This document shows positions 61,567 through 64,000 of a stretch of DNA of 64,000 bases, in pieces. Under the pieces are notes generated by a model. That model ran no database searches, was not told where the DNA came from, and worked only from the letters and a program-made list of their open reading frames with translations. The position numbers and the translations under genes were made by a program. The first letter of the stretch is position 1. Every line of letters begins with the position of its first letter. The DNA comes from an uncultured Candidatus Saccharibacteria bacterium (GTDB taxonomy: Bacteria > Patescibacteriota > Minisyncoccia > Phycocordibacterales > SBAW01), in assembly GCA_964650645.1 (NCBI GenBank), contig CAZYUH010000001.1, positions 475,099-539,098 on the forward strand, read 5' to 3'.

Positions 61567-62183
61567 TGCAGATACCCGCCATGTCCCCCTTTACGCTCGA
61601 AGGCTCCATAGCGCTCCTCTCGGCCTGGGGCTACGCCGTCCTGCTTCCCTTGTCGATAATCGAGGGCCCCATCGTGGGCATCTTCGCGGGCTTCCTGGTG
61701 TCATTGGGGCAGATGAACTGGGCCATCGCGTTCGCGGTGCTGTTCGCGGGGGACATGATAGGCGACGTCATCTACTACTATGTCGGCCGGTGGGGCCACG
61801 GGCCGTGGGCGCACCGCCTGGCGGCGCGCTTCGGGGTGACGCAGGAGCGCCTGGAAAAATTCGACGCGGCGTTCCATAAGCACGCGGTCAAGATACTCCT
61901 CATAAACAAGACGCAGGCGCTCGGCTCGCTCACGCTGTACTACGCGGGCGCGGTGCGCATGCCGATGTTCACGTTCCTGTGGGTCAACACGGTAGGCACC
62001 ATACCAAAAAACGCGCTGTTCCTGGCCGCCGGCTACTATTTCGGGGAGAGCTACCGGAGCATCGACAGGTACCTGGGCTACGCGGGCTGGGCGACGCTCG
62101 CGATACCCGTCCTTCTCATCGCGGGCTACTGGCTCTTCAAACTCTACTACAAGGGCCGCAACGAGGTCGAGGAGATCGTATGA
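61560..62183 (+). CDS. DedA/VTT-domain membrane protein
   Basis: Characteristic hydrophobic profile and G(Y/F)xxGxxxP-like segment (LLPLSIIEGPIVGIFAGF); stop overlaps the GT4 start (ATGA). Confidence 0.72.
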   Translation: MPLQIPAMSPFTLEGSIALLSAWGYAVLLPLSIIEGPIVGIFAGFLVSLGQMNWAIAFAVLFAGDMIGDVIYYYVGRWGHGPWAHRLAARFGVTQERLEKFDAAFHKHAVKILLINKTQALGSLTLYYAGAVRMPMFTFLWVNTVGTIPKNALFLAAGYYFGESYRSIDRYLGYAGWATLAIPVLLIAGYWLFKLYYKGRNEVEEIV

Positions 62184-63214
62184 AGAGGCTCCTCATCGTG
62201 ACCGACACCTGGGCGCCGAAAATCGACGGCGTCGTGCGCTCCATAGAGTTCCGCGCGCGCGAGCTCGAGCGGATGGGGTTTGCCGTAACGGTCGCGCATC
62301 CGGGACAGTTCAGGACGGTGCCGTTTCCGCTGTACCCGGAGCTGAGGCTCGCAGTGTTTCCCAAGCGGCGCCTGCGCGGGACGATTGCCGCCCTGCGGCC
62401 CGATTACATACATATAGAAACGGAAGGGACGCTCGGGCTCGCCGCGCGCTCGCTGTGCCGGCGCCAGGGCCTGCGCTTCACGTCCTCGTACCATACCCAC
62501 TTCCAGCTGTACGCCGACGTGTACGCCCGCCTGCCTATCCGCTTTCTGCTGGTGCCCGCCGCCGCGGCCCTGCGCTGGTTCCATGGCGCGGCCGCGCGCA
62601 CGTTCGTCTCGACCGAGAGCCTGCGCGAGGAGCTTGCGCGCCAGGGGTTCAAGAACCTTGCCGTGTGCCCGCTCGGGGTGGATACGAGCCTGTTCGTCCG
62701 CGCTCCGCAGGGGCATGACCGCGGGCTCGCGCGCCCGGTGTTCGCGTTCTTCAGCCGCGTCGCCCCCGAGAAGAGCCCGGAGGAATTCCTGAAGCTCGAT
62801 TTGCCGGGCACCAAGCTCGTCATCGGCGACGGGCCTGACCGCAAGCGCCTGGAGAAGAAATATCCTAAGGCCGTGTTCGCGGGCTTCCAGCGCGGGCGCG
62901 ATTTGGCGGACTGGCTTTCGTCGGTGGACGTCGTCGTGATGCCGTCGCGCACCGAGACCTTCGGGCTCGTGGTCATCGAGTCGCTCGCGATGGGCATCCC
63001 GGTGGCGGCGCACGACGTGATGGGCCCGCGCGACATCGTGAAAAGCGGCGTGCACGGGTGCCTGTCCGAGGACTTGCGCGAAGCGGCGCTCAAGTGCCTC
63101 GATATACCGCGCGAGGCGTGCCGCGCCCGCGCGCTCGAGTTCTCGTGGAAAGCGTCGGCCGAGGCGTACGCGGGGAACCTGGAGCCGGCGGGGGAGTCTG
63201 GCGCACACAAGTAA
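62180..63214 (+). CDS. family-4 glycosyltransferase (GT-B; EX7E motif)
   Basis: Internal ATG 62180 (MKRLLIVTDTWAPKIDGV) with GAGGAGA RBS; C-terminal PSRTETFGLVVIESLAMGIPVAAHD. Confidence 0.8.
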   Translation: MKRLLIVTDTWAPKIDGVVRSIEFRARELERMGFAVTVAHPGQFRTVPFPLYPELRLAVFPKRRLRGTIAALRPDYIHIETEGTLGLAARSLCRRQGLRFTSSYHTHFQLYADVYARLPIRFLLVPAAAALRWFHGAAARTFVSTESLREELARQGFKNLAVCPLGVDTSLFVRAPQGHDRGLARPVFAFFSRVAPEKSPEEFLKLDLPGTKLVIGDGPDRKRLEKKYPKAVFAGFQRGRDLADWLSSVDVVVMPSRTETFGLVVIESLAMGIPVAAHDVMGPRDIVKSGVHGCLSEDLREAALKCLDIPREACRARALEFSWKASAEAYAGNLEPAGESGAHK

Positions 63215-63270
63215 AAGGCCCGGCTGGTGTACAGCCGGGCTCTTGCCTGCGTCATCTCGCCCGCTCCTTT

Positions 63271-63423
63271 TTAGGGGCCGACGGGCGGGACCATTGTCGC
63301 CAGCGCGAAGGCTGTCAGCAGGAAGATAATGATGATCGGCCATATGCGCGCCGTCCGATCCGGTTGCGCGGACTCGTCGGAAAACCGGCCAGCCTCTTCA
63401 AGGGCGTCAGGGTGTCGTTTCAT
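63271..63423 (-). CDS. small membrane protein (50 aa)
   Basis: ATG 63423 with GGAGG 8 nt upstream; TM IWPIIIIFLLTAFALATMV; hairpin 63217-63247 downstream. Confidence 0.35.
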   Translation of the reverse strand: MKRHPDALEEAGRFSDESAQPDRTARIWPIIIIFLLTAFALATMVPPVGP

Positions 63424-63541
63424 TAAGCAGCCTCCGTAGCATGCGTGTGGGCCCCGCTACTAGTTAGACACCCGCGGGACGAAAAGGTCAAGCGTGCCGC
63501 GCAGCGCGGCCGAAAACCAGTGCTAGGATGGGGAAACAGCC

Positions 63542-64000
63542 ATGAGGTTCCCGAGGCTAAAAGCGCTTTTGTTCGCGGCCGTAGCGGGCGTTGTCGCCGT
63601 GGCCGGGGTGCGCTATGCGCAGCTCGGGCTTGTCGATATGGCGCCCCAGCAGGCGGCCGCCGTGCTCGGTGCCGCGGCCGCTTCCGGAGATGCTCCCGAC
63701 GCGACCCTCCAATGGGTCATCGCGGGCGGCTACGCGCTCGTCTTCTTCGGCATGATGATAGAGGGGCCGATTGTTACTGCGGCCGCGGCATTCGCCGCGT
63801 CGCTCGGGTATTTCAACATCTGGGCAGTGCTCGCGCTTTCCATTGCAGGCGACCTCACGGTGGACTCGTGCCTGTTCTTCGCGGGCCGGATGCTGCGCAC
63901 GAGGGTCGTGGAGCGCTACGGGCACCGCGTGGGGCTTTCGAGTGCGCGCATGCGCCGCATCGAGCAGGTGCTCAAGACCCACCCGCGCAAGGCTATTGTC
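63542..64000 (+). CDS. second DedA/VTT-domain membrane protein (C-terminus beyond window)
   Basis: MRFPRLKALLFAAVAGVVAVAG...MMIEGPIVTAAAAFAASLGYFNIWAVLALSIAGDLTVD; open to the window end. The antisense ORF 63557..63982 is spurious. Confidence 0.6.
   Translation, partial: MRFPRLKALLFAAVAGVVAVAGVRYAQLGLVDMAPQQAAAVLGAAAASGDAPDATLQWVIAGGYALVFFGMMIEGPIVTAAAAFAASLGYFNIWAVLALSIAGDLTVDSCLFFAGRMLRTRVVERYGHRVGLSSARMRRIEQVLKTHPRKAIV

Overview
High-GC (roughly 65%) bacterial chromosomal segment dominated by core information-processing genes. Forward or reverse strand as annotated: pheS-pheT, gyrB, thrS, dnaE, rnhB, rpmF, nusB, rnc, smc, rnr, rpsP-KH-trmD, a fused rpoB-rpoC, dnaG-rpoD, hisS, truB, nrdA/nrdB, a two-component pair, two glycosyltransferases and two DedA proteins. 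Several features suggest a reduced, CPR/Patescibacteria-like genome; this is inference, no search was run. They are truncated tRNA synthetases (PheS 253 aa, PheT 593 aa, ThrRS 402 aa), an in-frame rpoB-rpoC fusion (2284 aa), a NusB-NUDIX fusion, many leaderless genes with a -10 box abutting the ATG, near-consensus sigma70 promoters, and A-tract/hairpin/T-tract bidirectional terminators. Accessory content: (1) a sortase with CARDB-like, coiled-coil and Tyr/Gly/Asp-rich tandem-repeat secreted proteins, read as a cell-surface module; (2) a cupin/GH130/GH130x2/HAD operon consistent with beta-mannoside phosphorolysis; (3) several tiny, well-punctuated genes (31-50 aa) including zinc-ribbon and hydrophobic peptides; (4) a family of related structured intergenic elements (MITE-like or RNA-motif-like) placed immediately after stop codons and in one 5' leader. 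No rRNA, tRNA, CRISPR array, integrase or transposase was recognised. The ORF track uses alternative start codons (TTG/GTG) and reports longest ORFs, so many starts were re-placed at internal ATGs supported by an RBS or -10 box. Many long ORFs antisense to real genes are GC artefacts.
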